Assembly (NCBI GenBank): GCA_002269645.1
Contig: NIVC01001390.1
Span: 124,001-188,000 of the forward strand
Direction of reading: 5' to 3'
Source: Macrostomum lignano
Lineage: Eukaryota
DNA: 64,000 nt
Below the pieces are notes generated by a model that saw nothing but the letters and a program-made list of their open reading frames with translations, made no database searches and was not told the DNA's origin. Shown piece by piece: positions 11,545-25,517 of the stretch (position 1 is the first letter of the stretch; each line of letters opens with the position of its first letter). The position numbers and the translations under genes were made by a program.

Positions 11545-12840
11545 GCTTAGGCAATATGCTATCCCCCCTGTAACCACAGACACTCATAAACCATTTTAGT
11601 ATATTGGATTTCACTCCTATTGTTGGTAATATTTGTATATTTGTATAATAGTTGGTAATAGTTGGTAACAACTCAAACAACGGATATTCATGACTGGTAT
11701 ATATGCTCTTTATTTTGCTACCGTAGACTAGGGGTAGACAAAGGATAAAAAGAGATGGGGAGAGGGAAGGAAAATGGGGAAGGCAGGGAAGAAAATGGTA
11801 GAAGAAACTTCCACCGCTATTGGCAGTAGTATGTATAGTACAGGAAAGTGGCTCATTTCGTGCTGAAAATCCATACAGACCATACTCAACGAATGCGATA
11901 AAAAATATAAAAAAAATTCACTTAAAATGCACTACTGCATTGTGTCTCTAGAACGCAAGGCTTATATATCGCCAAATTAACTTCAATTGCAGGTTGCAGA
12001 CTTGCAGCGTCTGTGATGTCGCAAACGCACTGTGTCAGCGACGGAGTGACGTCAATCATTCGTGAGTAGGTGACATGACCGCTGAAATGGGAGATTTCGT
12101 ATTTCAAATTAATTGGTATGCTTGCACTTCCCAAACATGAACGATCCTCTAATTTATACTTTATTTTAGCTGCCTACTGAGACTAGCAAGAGAAGAGTGT
12201 GAAGCGAATCTCTTATCGTGTGTACAAAAAACAGCTCAGCGGATAATACCAGTTGACAGCGAGTAAGAACTGAGGACTTCGAGGAATTCAAAATTAAGGT
12301 TTGGACACACTAAGTGGTTCATGTTTCTAATAGAAACTGATAGGAAACTTTAATCACTTTTACCAAAGACCACTAAACTTTTGAGAAGAACTTAAAATAT
12401 TTAAGTCCTTTTTTATCACTAAAGAGTTTTGTGAGAGAGGAGCGTCGCTCCTGCAAAAGCTATGGGGATGCCAATGATTTGTTCCTCCGCCCCACTTTGT
12501 GACGCGATATGGTAATCAATAATTTTGCTTCAGAACGCCAAAATGCGTGCCTGAATGTGGCGCAAAAATGAGTGCCTGCGGCGCTATAATGAGTGTTAAC
12601 AACACCGATTCCTTAAAACAATGTTGAAATTTAGTCATGTGAAATGCTTGGCTTTGTGGCCCCCTACCATAATAGATGGGGACGCCCCTGGAGAGGGAGA
12701 TACGCGCTTAATTTAGAGCTATAATAATTTAAACTTTCTATTCCCGCCAAAAATAATTCAAAGAAAAATAGGACTTCCAAAACATTAACCATTCGATCGG
12801 TTATTTTTTATTTCCGTCTAAAAGAAACTTGGTTGCATGT

Positions 12841-13845
12841 TTAAATGGCGCAACCACACGGTAGCTGGGTCAATCTGAAAAGGAATATTTGAATATTTAT
12901 TAAATCTTAAATACTATTGGCAATGTCTGTGCTACTCCAATAATGAATATTCATGACTAGTATGTAGATCTGGTAAAACTTACGGATTAGCAAAGCTGTC
13001 TCCGCCGACCACCCTGGCTACGTGGATTTTGTAACGATCGTTGCATTTCTCAATTTTAAGTTGAAAATTGTTAATTCGAGCACGTAACGGCATGTCATTA
13101 TCAATGCCTTTTTTTATCTCTTCAGACAGTTTGATCAGTTTTAGAATTGGCTTGATATCAACGAATTTTCCACAGTAATGGGCTCCAGGAACATCATCCA
13201 GCCGTTTCAGCTCACGCTCAGTATCAGAAGCCAGGAGTTCCTCGAAGCTGCAGAAATATTTTATTGGATCGGCATATCCATATATTAAGATGTAAGATAG
13301 TAAAATTGAATGCCCAACTTGAAGCAATCTTATGTAAAATTCGTAGTTTAATTGAAAAAAAACTTCATTTTTGATTGGTGCAGTGTGACACATCTATGCT
13401 GATCGCGATTGACATAATGAAATACTCAGAAACTTAGTAGTTAAGCATGAATGCCTATGGTAAAATACCAATAATGGAACCATGCTTTGTGGGCGTTAAT
13501 TAAAAATCCTCGGGCAGCCCAACGTCTGTCGAGACTATTGAAAATCTTTACTCTGATTCTATGCTAACTAAACCACAAATATGTTTTGTGGGGCGAGGTG
13601 CATAGGTAATTTTTCTCATATCTGACTATAGATAATTAAGTAGAAAGTTATCGAGGTCAAAGTATCTTAACATCTTAACATCATTCAGTTTTACTGCATA
13701 CATATACATGTAATTCTAGGGCGACTGGATAGCCATCAGGTCATAGCAAATCTTACCTTGGTTGTTGGACGTTCCCATAGTACAGTTCCAACCAGTTGTA
13801 CTCTGGCGAGGAGGTAACTTTTGGCATTGCTGATATGCGGCAGTG
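12841..13845 (-). CDS. Family A gene copy (exons 13845-13757, 13247-12984, 12874-12841)
   Basis: Same exon structure and open frame as the 8907-9891 copy. Confidence 0.6.
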
Positions 13846-16816
13846 CTGAAATTAGTTTTAACTGCTCATATCAGGAGAGGAAGTGAACTCCAAAGCATTT
13901 TATAAGCAACAAGTAAAAATAGAACCAACGCGAAAAATTCTCTTCTAAAGAAAAAAGAAACGCCTTCATTGACGAAATCCCACAGCCCCTAGGGGCTATT
14001 TTGGTGGGGATAAATGAGAAAAGGGGATTTTATGTAAACTTAAGGCTCTTGAATGGAAGCGGTGACCTATAGAGTTGGCGACCATAGGATGCCACTATTT
14101 ATTTCTTTTCAAATCTAATTAGTTTCTCCCCCTGGTTCACCATTAGCGATTGAGAGGCCGGCTAATACTGGTGTGCATGCATAGAACTATACATAGGAAA
14201 CTTCATTAAGGACCGAGTTTTTCAATGCGATTTCTGATTTCTATCTTAGGAAATCGCCTACTGAAGAGTAGCAAGAGTGAAGCGAATCTCTAATCGTGTG
14301 TACGAAAAGTTCTACACCGATAGTCAAATTAGAACTTGTGTGTGGTCACAGGTGAGGTCCTAAACCCAGTGCATATAAGACTATAGTTGACAGCGAGTAA
14401 GAGCTGAGGATTGTGAGCAATTATCACTAAAGAGTTTGGAGAGTCACACGCGTAAGTTAAAGTTTAATAATTAGCTAATTAGCTAACACTATCTACGAGC
14501 TATATCCGCCGAAAAGAAGAAGTCAAAGACGTTCCAAAAATTCATTCTGCAGTTTATTTGCTTTGAAAAAATCTGCAAAACCTGAATGTAGTTCCAAAAT
14601 ACTGTACACATTGTCTCCCAGATGAAATAGCGAGGCTTTACTATTCACAGAAGGCTTAACTAAATGCACAGAAGTTTCGAGCATGTCAACGTACTAAGCT
14701 CACTCACCCAGCACAGTTCTATTGTAACTAATTTTTATCTGAAAAGTGGATCGATTCTTACAACTCTTACAGTTTTTCGTCAAATGTTTCTACACTGGCA
14801 GACACTTTCGTGGGTCTCTTTGCGACGCGACGGTAGCAGTAGATCTGCTTCTCGACCTTGCTCTCGTTCATGCAGCTTGCATGAGCCATACATAATTCTC
14901 GACAACGGATTGGCGGAACGAGTTTCGGTGATCAGGCAAAATCCCTCGCGCAGGCCTTGCATTAGAAACTCACGGTCATCTTCGTCTTGAAGAAATCTGG
15001 ACGACGCAGATTCATGCAGTTGGCATTGTTCCTGTGAAAAGCGTCAGGGATAAAAGCAGAGTTAACATTAATAGGAGTAATACCCAATGGAGTTCCTGAT
15101 ATTTGAGCTGAGCTCTTATATAAATCGCGATTCTGCTAAGTCTAAGTAAATAATAAAAATTAATTAAAGTTTAAATTCAGCTGATAATTTTGTCTGCATG
15201 ACTTATTGTGCTATTCGATGAATAAAGTTAGATTTTCACATTTCGAGTAAGTCAGATTGCGTTGCCGTATCGCATTGACAAGGGTTGAGTTGAGCGGGAG
15301 GCTGACAGTTCCAACCCTCTCTCTCACGCTTAGTCTGACCAGGGACTTCTAGAGATACGGACTGGAAGCTATAATAGAACACCCCCATTTTTATCCCTGT
15401 GTGGCAAGGCGGCAGTTGTGCTAAACAAGCTAAATGAACTAGCTCTTTCGATTTGAAGTTGAGCAATGGGGTAGGGGGATTGGGGATCTGTAGAGACAGC
15501 CAGTGTGCCGTGTTTTTTTGCTTAGGCAATATGCTATCCCCCCTGTAACCACAGACACTCATAAACCATTTTAGTATATTGGATTTCACTCCTATTGTTG
15601 GTAATATTTGTATATTTGTATAATAGTTGGTAATAGTTGGTAACAACTCAAACAACGGATATTCATGACTGGTATATATGCTCTTTATTTTGCTACCGTA
15701 GACTAGGGGTAGACAAAGGATAAAAAGAGATGGGGAGAGGGAAGGAAAATGGGGAAGGCAGGGAAGAAAATGGTAGAAGAAACTTCCACCGCTATTGGCA
15801 GTAGTATGTATAGTACAGGAAAGTGGCTCATTTCGTGCTGAAAATCCATACAGACCATACTCAACGAATGCGATAAAAAATATAAAAAAAATTCACTTAA
15901 AATGCACTACTGCATTGTGTCTCTAGAACGCAAGGCTTATATATCGCCAAATTAACTTCAATTGCAGGTTGCAGACTTGCAGCGTCTGTGATGTCGCAAA
16001 CGCACTGTGTCAGCGACGGAGTGACGTCAATCATTCGTGAGTAGGTGACATGACCGCTGAAATGGGAGATTTCGTATTTCAAATTAATTGGTATGCTTGC
16101 ACTTCCCAAACATGAACGATCCTCTAATTTATACTTTATTTTAGCTGCCTACTGAGACTAGCAAGAGAAGAGTGTGAAGCGAATCTCTTATCGTGTGTAC
16201 AAAAAACAGCTCAGCGGATAATACCAGTTGACAGCGAGTAAGAACTGAGGACTTCGAGGAATTCAAAATTAAGGTTTGGACACACTAAGTGGTTCATGTT
16301 TCTAATAGAAACTGATAGGAAACTTTAATCACTTTTACCAAAGACCACTAAACTTTTGAGAAGAACTTAAAATATTTAAGTCCTTTTTTATCACTAAAGA
16401 GTTTTGTGAGAGAGGAGCGTCGCTCCTGCAAAAGCTATGGGGGATGCCAATGATTTGTTCCTCCGCCCCACTTTGTGACGCGATATGGTAATCAATAATT
16501 TTGCTTCAGAACGCCAAAATGCGTGCCTGAATGTGGCGCAAAAATGAGTGCCTGCGGCGCTATAATGAGTGTTAACAACACCGATTCCTTAAAACAATGT
16601 TGAAATTTAGTCATGTGAAATGCTTGGCTTTGTGGCCCCCTACCATAATAGATGGGGACGCCCCTGGAGAGGGAGATACGCGCTTAATTTAGAGCTATAA
16701 TAATTTAAACTTTCTATTCCCGCCAAAAATAATTCAAAGAAAAATAGGACTTCCAAAACATTAACCATTCGATCGGTTATTTTTTATTTCCGTCTAAAAG
16801 AAACTTGGTTGCATGT

Positions 16817-17820
16817 TTAAATGGCGCAACCACACGGTAGCTGGGTCAATCTGAAAAGGAATATTTGAATATTTATTAAATCTTAAATACTATTGGCAAT
16901 GTCTGTGCTACTCCAATAATGAATATTCATGACTAGTATGTAGATCTGGTAAAACTTACGGATTAGCAAAGCTGTCTCCGCCGACCACCCTGGCTACGTG
17001 GATTTTGTAACGATCGTTGCATTTCTCAATTTTAAGTTGAAAATTGTTAATTCGAGCACGTAACGGCATGTCATTATCAATGCCTTTTTTTATCTCTTCA
17101 GACAGTTTGATCAGTTTTAGAATTGGCTTGATATCAACGAATTTTCCACAGTAATGGGCTCCAGGAACATCATCCAGCCGTTTCAGCTCACGCTCAGTAT
17201 CAGAAGCCAGGAGTTCCTCGAAGCTGCAGAAATATTTTATTGGATCGGCATATCCATATATTAAGATGTAAGATAGTAAAATTGAATGCCCAACTTGAAG
17301 CAATCTTATGTAAAATTCGTAGTTTAATTGAAAAAAAACTTCATTTTTGATTGGTGCAGTGTGACACATCTATGCTGATCGCGATTGACATAATGAAATA
17401 CTCAGAAACTTAGTAGTTAAGCATGAATGCCTATGGTAAAATACCAATAATGGAACCATGCTTTGTGGGCGTTAATTAAAAATCCTCGGGCAGCCCAACG
17501 TCTGTCGAGACTATTGAAAATCTTTACTCTGATTCTATGCTAACTAAACCACAAATATGTTTTGTGGGCGAGGTGCATAGGTAATTTTTCTCATATCTGA
17601 CTATAGATAATTAAGTAGAAAGTTATCGAGGTCAAAGTATCTTAACATCTTAACATCATTCAGTTTTACTGCATACATATACATGTAATTCTAGGGCGAC
17701 TGGATAGCCATCAGGTCATAGCAAATCTTACCTTGGTTGTTGGACGTTCCCATAGTACAGTTCCAACCAGTTGTACTCTGGCGAGGAGGTAACTTTTGGC
17801 ATTGCTGATATGCGGCAGTG
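16817..17820 (-). CDS. Family A gene copy (exons 17820-17732, 17223-16960, 16850-16817)
   Basis: Near-identical to the 12841-13845 copy. Confidence 0.6.
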
Positions 17821-20800
17821 CTGAAATTAGTTTTAACTGCTCATATCAGGAGAGGAAGTGAACTCCAAAGCATTTTATAAGCAACAAGTAAAAATAGAAC
17901 CAACGCGAAAAATTCTCTTCTAAAGAAAAAAGAAACGCCTTCATTGACGAAATCCCACAGCCCCTAGGGGCTATTTTGGTGGGGATAAATGAGAAAAGGG
18001 GATTTTATGTAAACTTAAGGCTCTTGAATGGAAGCGGTGACCTATAGAGTTGGCGACCATAGGATGCCACTATTTATTTCTTTTCAAATCTAATTAGTTT
18101 CTCCCCCTGGTTCACCATTAGCGATTGAGAGGCCGGCTAATACTGGTGTGCATGCATAGAACTATACATAGGAAACTTCATTAAGGACCGAGTTTTTCAA
18201 TGCGATTTCTGATTTCTATCTTAGGAAATCGCCTACTGAAGAGTAGCAAGAGTGAAGCGAATCTCTAATCGTGTGTACGAAAAGTTCTACACCGATAGTC
18301 AAATTAGAACTTGTGTGTGGTCACAGGTGAGGTCCTAAACCCAGTGCATATAAGACTATAGTTGACAGCGAGTAAGAGCTGAGGATTGTGAGCAATTATC
18401 ACTAAAGAGTTTGGAGAGTCACACGCGTAAGTTAAAGTTTAATAATTAGCTAATTAGCTAACACTATCTACGAGCTATATCCGCCGAAAAGAAGAAGTCA
18501 AAGACGTTCCAAAAATTCATTCTGCAGTTTATTTGCTTTGAAAAAATCTGCAAAACCTGAATGTAGTTCCAAAATACTGTACACATTGTCTCCCAGATGA
18601 AATAGCGAGGCTTTACTATTCACAGAAGGCTTAACTAAATGCACAGAAGTTTCGAGCATGTCAACGTACTAAGCTCACTCACCCAGCACAGTTCTATTGT
18701 AACTAATTTTTATCTGAAAAGTGGATCGATTCTTACAACTCTTACAGTTTTTCGTCAAATGTTTCTACACTGGCAGACACTTTCGTGGGTCTCTTTGCGA
18801 CGCGACGGTAGCAGTAGATCTGCTTCTCGACCTTGCTCTCGTTCATGCAGCTTGCATGAGCCATACATAATTCTCGACAACGGATTGGCGGAACGAGTTT
18901 CGGTGATCAGGCAAAATCCCTCGCGCAGGCCTTGCATTAGAAACTCACGGTCATCTTCGTCTTGAAGAAATCTGGACGACGCAGATTCATGCAGTTGGCA
19001 TTGTTCCTGTGAAAAGCGTCAGGGATAAAAGCAAAGTTAACATTAATAGGAGTACTACCCAATGGAATTCCTGATATTTGAGCTGAGCTCTTATATAAAT
19101 CGCGATTCTGCTAAGTCTAAGTAAATAATAAAAATTAATTAAAGTTTAAATTCAGCTGATAATTTTGTCTGCTTGACTTATTGTGCTATTCGATGAATAA
19201 AGTTAGATTTTCACATTTCGAGTAAGTCAGATTTCGTTGCCGTATCGCATTGACAAGGGTGCAAGACGCCATCTGCCTCCCGTCTGATCGCACGCCGAGG
19301 TCCATTACTGTAAGAGTTGGATCTTCAAGCGGCCTTGAAAGCAAAGACTACCTTGCGTTGAGAGCTTCATAGATGGGGCTGTCATAGCTGGAGGTCTCAA
19401 TCTGGTTGTCGCAAGTAGGATTGAATGCATCAATGGCATTGACTTACTTGACTCAGCTTCAGGGGGTCCGGGCATCCGGATGCAGCGAGGAGGCGTTGCC
19501 GCCACTTTCCCTAACCTGGTGCTGCGGTGTCGCGCAGGGAGATCCGGAAGTGCCGGTGTCCGCAGGGGTGGTTCCTTGGCCGGAGAGCCCAAGAGGTGGA
19601 TGGTCGCTCGCCCGGTGACCCAGAAGTCTGTATCCTCTCTACTTCAATGCTGCTTGCATCGCCTGTGATGTCGAGCACGCACAGTGTCGATCGTGACAGA
19701 GTGACGTCGGCTATTCGTGACCACAGTAGGTGACTTGTTTTCTGAAATGGGAAATTTTGCACTTCAAATTTATTGCTCTTGTCTTAATTCCCAATTAGCT
19801 TCTCATGCTGCTTCACCATTAGTGGGAGACCGGCAAATACTGGTGTGCATGCATAGGACTACTTAATAAACCTCATCCGGACCCGGATTTTTCTATGCGA
19901 TTTCCAATTTCTATTTTATAAGATTTTTGATTGTGAGGAATTTTTGAGATTTGGATACACTTAGGAGTTCACGTATCTAATAGTACAGTAACTGCTAGTA
20001 ACTTTAGTAACTTTCACCACCTGCCTTTTTAATGAAAGTTCCAGTTAAAGGTATGACCGGATGACGGCGCCACCTTGTCGTCAGCTGCGAAGGAGAGTAA
20101 ATTATGCAAAGGTTGATTTATCATGCCGCATATCTTATCTTATCAATTGGCTCGCTATGTTGCTACGTGTATCTATCACACACTAACTGTATTATACTCT
20201 AACAGCTTAGGCAATATGCTATCCCTCCTGTAACCACAGACACTCACTAACCATTTTAGTATATTGGATTTCATTCCTATTGTTGGTAATATTTGTATAT
20301 TTAGTTGGTAATAGTTGGTAACAACTCAAACAACGGATATTCATGACTGGTATATATGCTCTTTATTTTGCTACCGTAGACTAGGGGTAGACAAAGGATA
20401 AAAAGAGATGAGGGAGAGGGAAGGAAAAATGGGGAAGGCAGGGAAGAAAATGGTAGAAGAAACTTCCACCGCTACTGGCAGTAGTATGTATAGTACAGGA
20501 AAGTGGCTCATTTCGTGCTGAAAATCCATACTCAACGAATGCGATAAAAAATATAAAAAAGAATTCACTTAAAATGCACTACTGCATTGTGTCTCTAGAA
20601 CGCAAGGCTTATATATCGCCAAATTAACTTCAATTACAGGTTGCAGACTTGCAGCGTCTGTGATGTCGCAAATGCACTGTGTCAGCGACAGAGTGACGTC
20701 AATCATTCGTGAGTAGGTGACATGACCGCTGAAATGGGAGATTTCGTATTTCGAATTAATTGGTATGCTTGCACTTCCCAAACACGAACGATCCTCTAAT

Positions 20801-21488
20801 TTATACTTTATTATAGCTGCCTACTGAGAGTACCAAGAGAAGAGTGTGAAGCGAATCTCTTATCGTGTGTACAAAAAACAGCTCAGCGGATAATACCAGT
20901 TGACAGCGATTATGAACTGAGGACTTCGAGGAATTCAAAATTAAGGTTTGGACACACTAAGTGGTTCATGTTTCTTATAGAAATTGATAGGAAACTTTAA
21001 TCACTTTTACCAAAGACCACTAAACTTTTGAGTAGAACTTAAAATATTTAAGTCCTTTTTTATCACTAAGGAGTTTTGTGAGAGAGGGGCGTCGCTCCTG
21101 CAAAAGCTATGGGGCATGCCAATGATTTGTTCCTCCGCCCCACTTTGTGACCCGATATGGTAATCAATAATTTTGCTTCAGAACGCCAAAATGCGTGCCT
21201 GAATGTGGCGCAAAAATGAGTGCCTGCGGCGCTATAATGAGTGTTAACAACACCGATTCCTTAAAAAAATGTTGAAATTTACTCATATGAAATGCTTGGC
21301 TTTGTGGCCCCCTACCATAATAGATGGGGACGCCCCTGGAGAGGGAGATACGCGCTTAATTAAGGGCTATAATAATTTAAACTTTCTATTCCCGCCAAAA
21401 ATAATTCAAAGAAAAATAGGACTTCCAAAACATTAACCATTCGATCGGTTATTTTTTATTTCTGTCTAACAAAAACTTGGTTGCATGT

Positions 21489-22649
21489 TTAAATGGCGCA
21501 ACCACACGGTAGCTGGGTCAATCTGAAAAGGAATATTTGAATATTTATTAAATCTTAAATACTATTGGCAATGTCTGTGCTACTCCAATAATGAATATTA
21601 ATGACTAGTATGTAGATCTGGTAAAACTTACGGATTAGCAAAGCTGTCTCCGCCGACCACCCTGGCTACGTGGATTTTGTAACGATCGTTGCATATGCTC
21701 CGCCGCCGCCGGCTCCTCATCCGCGCTGAGGCGTATTGCCCCGAGCCGGCGCAGGAGACGCTACTGCTCCGCTCCCGTGCTCTGAGGCGCGACCTGTGAC
21801 GCCCAACATCGACCCTGGGGCGTAACTTGTTGTTGTTGTTGTTGTTGTTGTTGCATTTCTCAATTTTCAGTTGAAAATTGTTGATTCGAGCACGTAACGG
21901 CATGCCATTATCAATGCCAATTTTTTCGTTGGGCAGACCAATCATGTTTAGAAGTTGCGTGATATCATTTAATTGGCCACAGTAATGGGCTCCAGGACAC
22001 TCCTGCTGTTTCAGCTCACGCTTAGTATCAGAAGCCAGGACTTGCTCGAAGCTGAAGAAATATTTTATTGGATCGGCATATCCATGTATTAAGATGTAGG
22101 ATAGTAAAATTTATTGGCAAATTTTAACCAATCTTATATAAACTTCGTAGTTTAATTGAAAAAAAAACTTCATTTTTGATTGGTGCAGTGTGACACATCT
22201 ATGCTGATCGCGATTGACATAATGAATTACTCAGAAACTTAGTAGTTAAGCATGAATGCCTATGGTAAAATACCAATAATGGAACCATGCTTTGTGGGCG
22301 TTAATTAAAAATCCTCGGGCCGCCCAACGTCTGTCGAGACTATTGAAAATCTTTACTCTGATTCTATGCTAACTAAACCACAAATATGTTTTGTGGGACG
22401 AGGCGCATAGGTAATTTTCTCATTTCTGACTATAGATAATTAAGTAGAAAGTTATCGAGGTCAAAGTATCTTAACATCTTAACACCATTCAGTTTTACTG
22501 CATAAATATACATGTAATTCTAGGGCGACTGGATAGCCATCAGGTCATAGCAAATCTTACCTTGGTTGTTGGACGTTCCCATAGTACAGTTCCAACCAGT
22601 TGTACTCTGGCGAGGAGGTAACTTTTGGCATTGCTGATATGCGGCAGTG
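21489..22649 (-). CDS. Family A gene copy with in-frame RTE insertion (exons 22649-22561, 22051-21632, 21522-21489)
   Basis: Same allele type as 4091-5247, including the 162-bp insert. Confidence 0.55.
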
Positions 22650-25225
22650 CTGAAATTAGTTTTAACTGCTCATATCAGGAGAGGAAGTGAACTCCAGAGC
22701 ATTTTATAAGCAACAAGTAAAAATAGAACCAACGCGAAAAATTCTCTTCTAAAGAAAAAAGAAACGCCTTCATTGACGAAATCCCACAGCCCCTAGGGGC
22801 TATTTTGGTGGGGATAAATGAGAAAAGGGGATTTTATGTAACCTTAAGGCTCTTAAATGGTTGCGGTGACCTATAGAGTTGGCGACCATAGGATGCCACT
22901 ATTTATTTCTTTTCATATCTAATTAGTTTCTCCCCCTGGTTCACCATTAGCGATTGAGAGGCCGGCTAATACTGGTGTGCATGCATAGAACTATACATAG
23001 GAAACTTCATCAAGGACCGAGTTTTTCAATGCGAATTCCGATTTCTATCTTAGGAAAACGCCTACTGAAGAGTAGCAAGAGTGAAGCGAATCTCTAATCG
23101 TGTGTACGAAAAGTTCTACACCGATAGTCAAATTAGAACTTGTGTGTGGTCACAGGTGAGGTCCTAAACCCAGTGCATATAAGACTAGTTGACAGCGAGT
23201 AAGAACTGGGGATTGTGAGCAATTATCACTAAAGAGTTTGGAGAGTCACACGCGTAAGTTAAAGTTTAATAATTAGCTAACACTATCTACGAGCTATATA
23301 TTCGCCGAAAAGAAGAAGTCAAAGACGTTCCAAAAATTCATTCTGCAGTTTATTTGCTTTGTAAAAATCAGTAAAACCTGAATGTAGTTCCAAATACTGT
23401 ACACATTGTCTCCCAGATGAAATAGCGAGGCTTTACTATTCTAACTAAATGCACAGAAGTTTCGAGCATGTCATCGTACTAAGATCTCTCACCCAGCACA
23501 GTTCTATTGTAACTAATTTTTATCTGAAAAGTGGATCGATTCTTACAACTCTTACAGTTTTTCGTCAAATGTTTCTACACTGACAGACACTTTCGTGGGT
23601 CTCTGCGACGCGACGGTAGCAGTAGATCTGCTTCTCGACCTTGCTCTCGTTCATGCAGCTTGCATGAGCCATACATAATTCTCGACATCGATTGGCGGAA
23701 CGAGTTTCGGTGATCAGGCAAAATCCCTCGCGCAGGCCTTGCATTAGAAACTCACGGTCATCTTCGTCTTGAAGAAATCTGGACGACGCAGATTCATGCA
23801 GTTGGCATTGTTCCTGTGAAAAGCGTCAGGGATAAAAGCAAAGTTAACATTAATAGGAGTACTACCCAATGGAGTTCCTGATATTTGAGCTGAGCTCTTA
23901 TATAAGTCGCGATTCTGCTAAGTCTAAGTAAATAATAAAAATTAATTAAAGTTTAAATTCAGCTGATAATTTTGTCTACATGACTTATTGTGCTTTTCGC
24001 TGAATAAAGTTAGATTTTCTCATTTCACATGCAAGTCAGATTGCGTTGCCGTATCGCATTGACAAGGGTGCAAGACGCCATCTGCCTCCCGTCTGATCGC
24101 ACGCCGAGGTCCATTACTGTAAGAGTTGGATCTTCAAGCGGCCTTGAAAGCAAAGACTACCTTGCGTTGAGAGCTTCATAGATGGGGCTGTCATAGCTGG
24201 AGAAGGTCTCAATCTGGTTGTCGCAAGTAGGATTGAATGCATCAATGGCATTGACTTATTATACTTGACTCAGCTTCAGGGGGTCCAGGCATCCGGATGC
24301 AGCGAGAAATGATTAAAAAGAATTAATGCACTGAATAAAATACACTGTTGCATTGTGTGTTTAAAGCGGAAGCTTTATGTCTCCAAAATAGTCATCAAGT
24401 TGGTTACAGCGCGTGTGTTGTCGAAAACGCACTGTTTCGGTGACGGAGTGACGTCGCTCATTCGTGAATCGTGACTGCATGGGTGACGAACGCTGAAAAT
24501 GGGAGATTACGCACTTAAAAACAATATTAATAGCAAACTCGTACTTCCCAAAAACTAATTTCCCTAGTTTCTAATTTATTTTAGCTTGCCTACAAATAGT
24601 AGTGAGAGAAGAGTGTGAAGTTTATTTCTTTTCGTGTGAGCCAAAAATCTGCACCAGTAGTCAGTGGTCGCAGGTGATGTTCTCAGCTCAGGGGATATGA
24701 CCAGCTGATACTAACTTAAGTAGCTTTGACTAAAGACCACAAAACTTTTTAATCAAGCATAAAGTATGTATGTCCTATATTGATAGTCCTATTTTCATAG
24801 TTACCACTTCAGAGATTGGAAAGAGATTAAAGTTATAAATCAAACAATTTTCTATACCCGCCAAAATGAAGAGTCAACGAAAAATAATTCTTCCAAAAAA
24901 TTATTTGTGTTTATTTCTGTAGAATACAGCAAGAGCACGAATGCAATACAATTCCATGGAATGTGCAAAAAGATGGATAAGTAAATTCCATGGAACATTC
25001 CGGTACAGTTCCCGGAGATAAGATCGAAACTATTAGGTGTCGTTATAAGCTCTCAGATCTCAACCGAGTTGGTAATTTGAATTCAAAAACTGCACGATGG
25101 CGATCTGCAATGGAATAAGATTATTTTTTAATATTTAGTAAATCTTAAATACTGTTGGTAATATTTGTGCAACTCAAGTAACGAATATTTATGACTAGTA
25201 TGTAGATCCGGGAAAACTTACTGGC

Positions 25226-25517
25226 TCAAAAAGTTTTGCCACCGACCGTACGGGCGAGATATACTTGAAACAAATTCTCCTCGATTATTTTTATTTTCAA
25301 AACGAAATCGTTATTTTTTCCATTAACTTCAATTGTCCATCCGATGCTTCCAAGTTGTTGAATAATATGATTTTTTTGTATACATTTCATTATTATTTCT
25401 ACCTCATTTTTAATGAGCGTACCACATCTCTGATCGCCGATTGTTTCTTTATTTTCTTTTAAATTTGGAACAATAGACAGAATATTTTCGTAATTATAAT
25501 TGGCAATCTCGACGAAC
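25226..25517 (-). CDS. Diverged family A paralog, main exon (A2')
   Basis: Acceptor ttttgcag in the same phase as A2. Open frame FVEIANYNYENILSIVPNLKENKETIGDQRCGTLIKNEVEIIMKCIQKNHIIQQLGSIGWTIEVNGKNNDFVLKIKIIEENLFQVYLARTVGGKTF*. It shares CG, NxFxLKI and ARxVGG..F with A2, and the downstream intron position is conserved. Confidence 0.6.
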
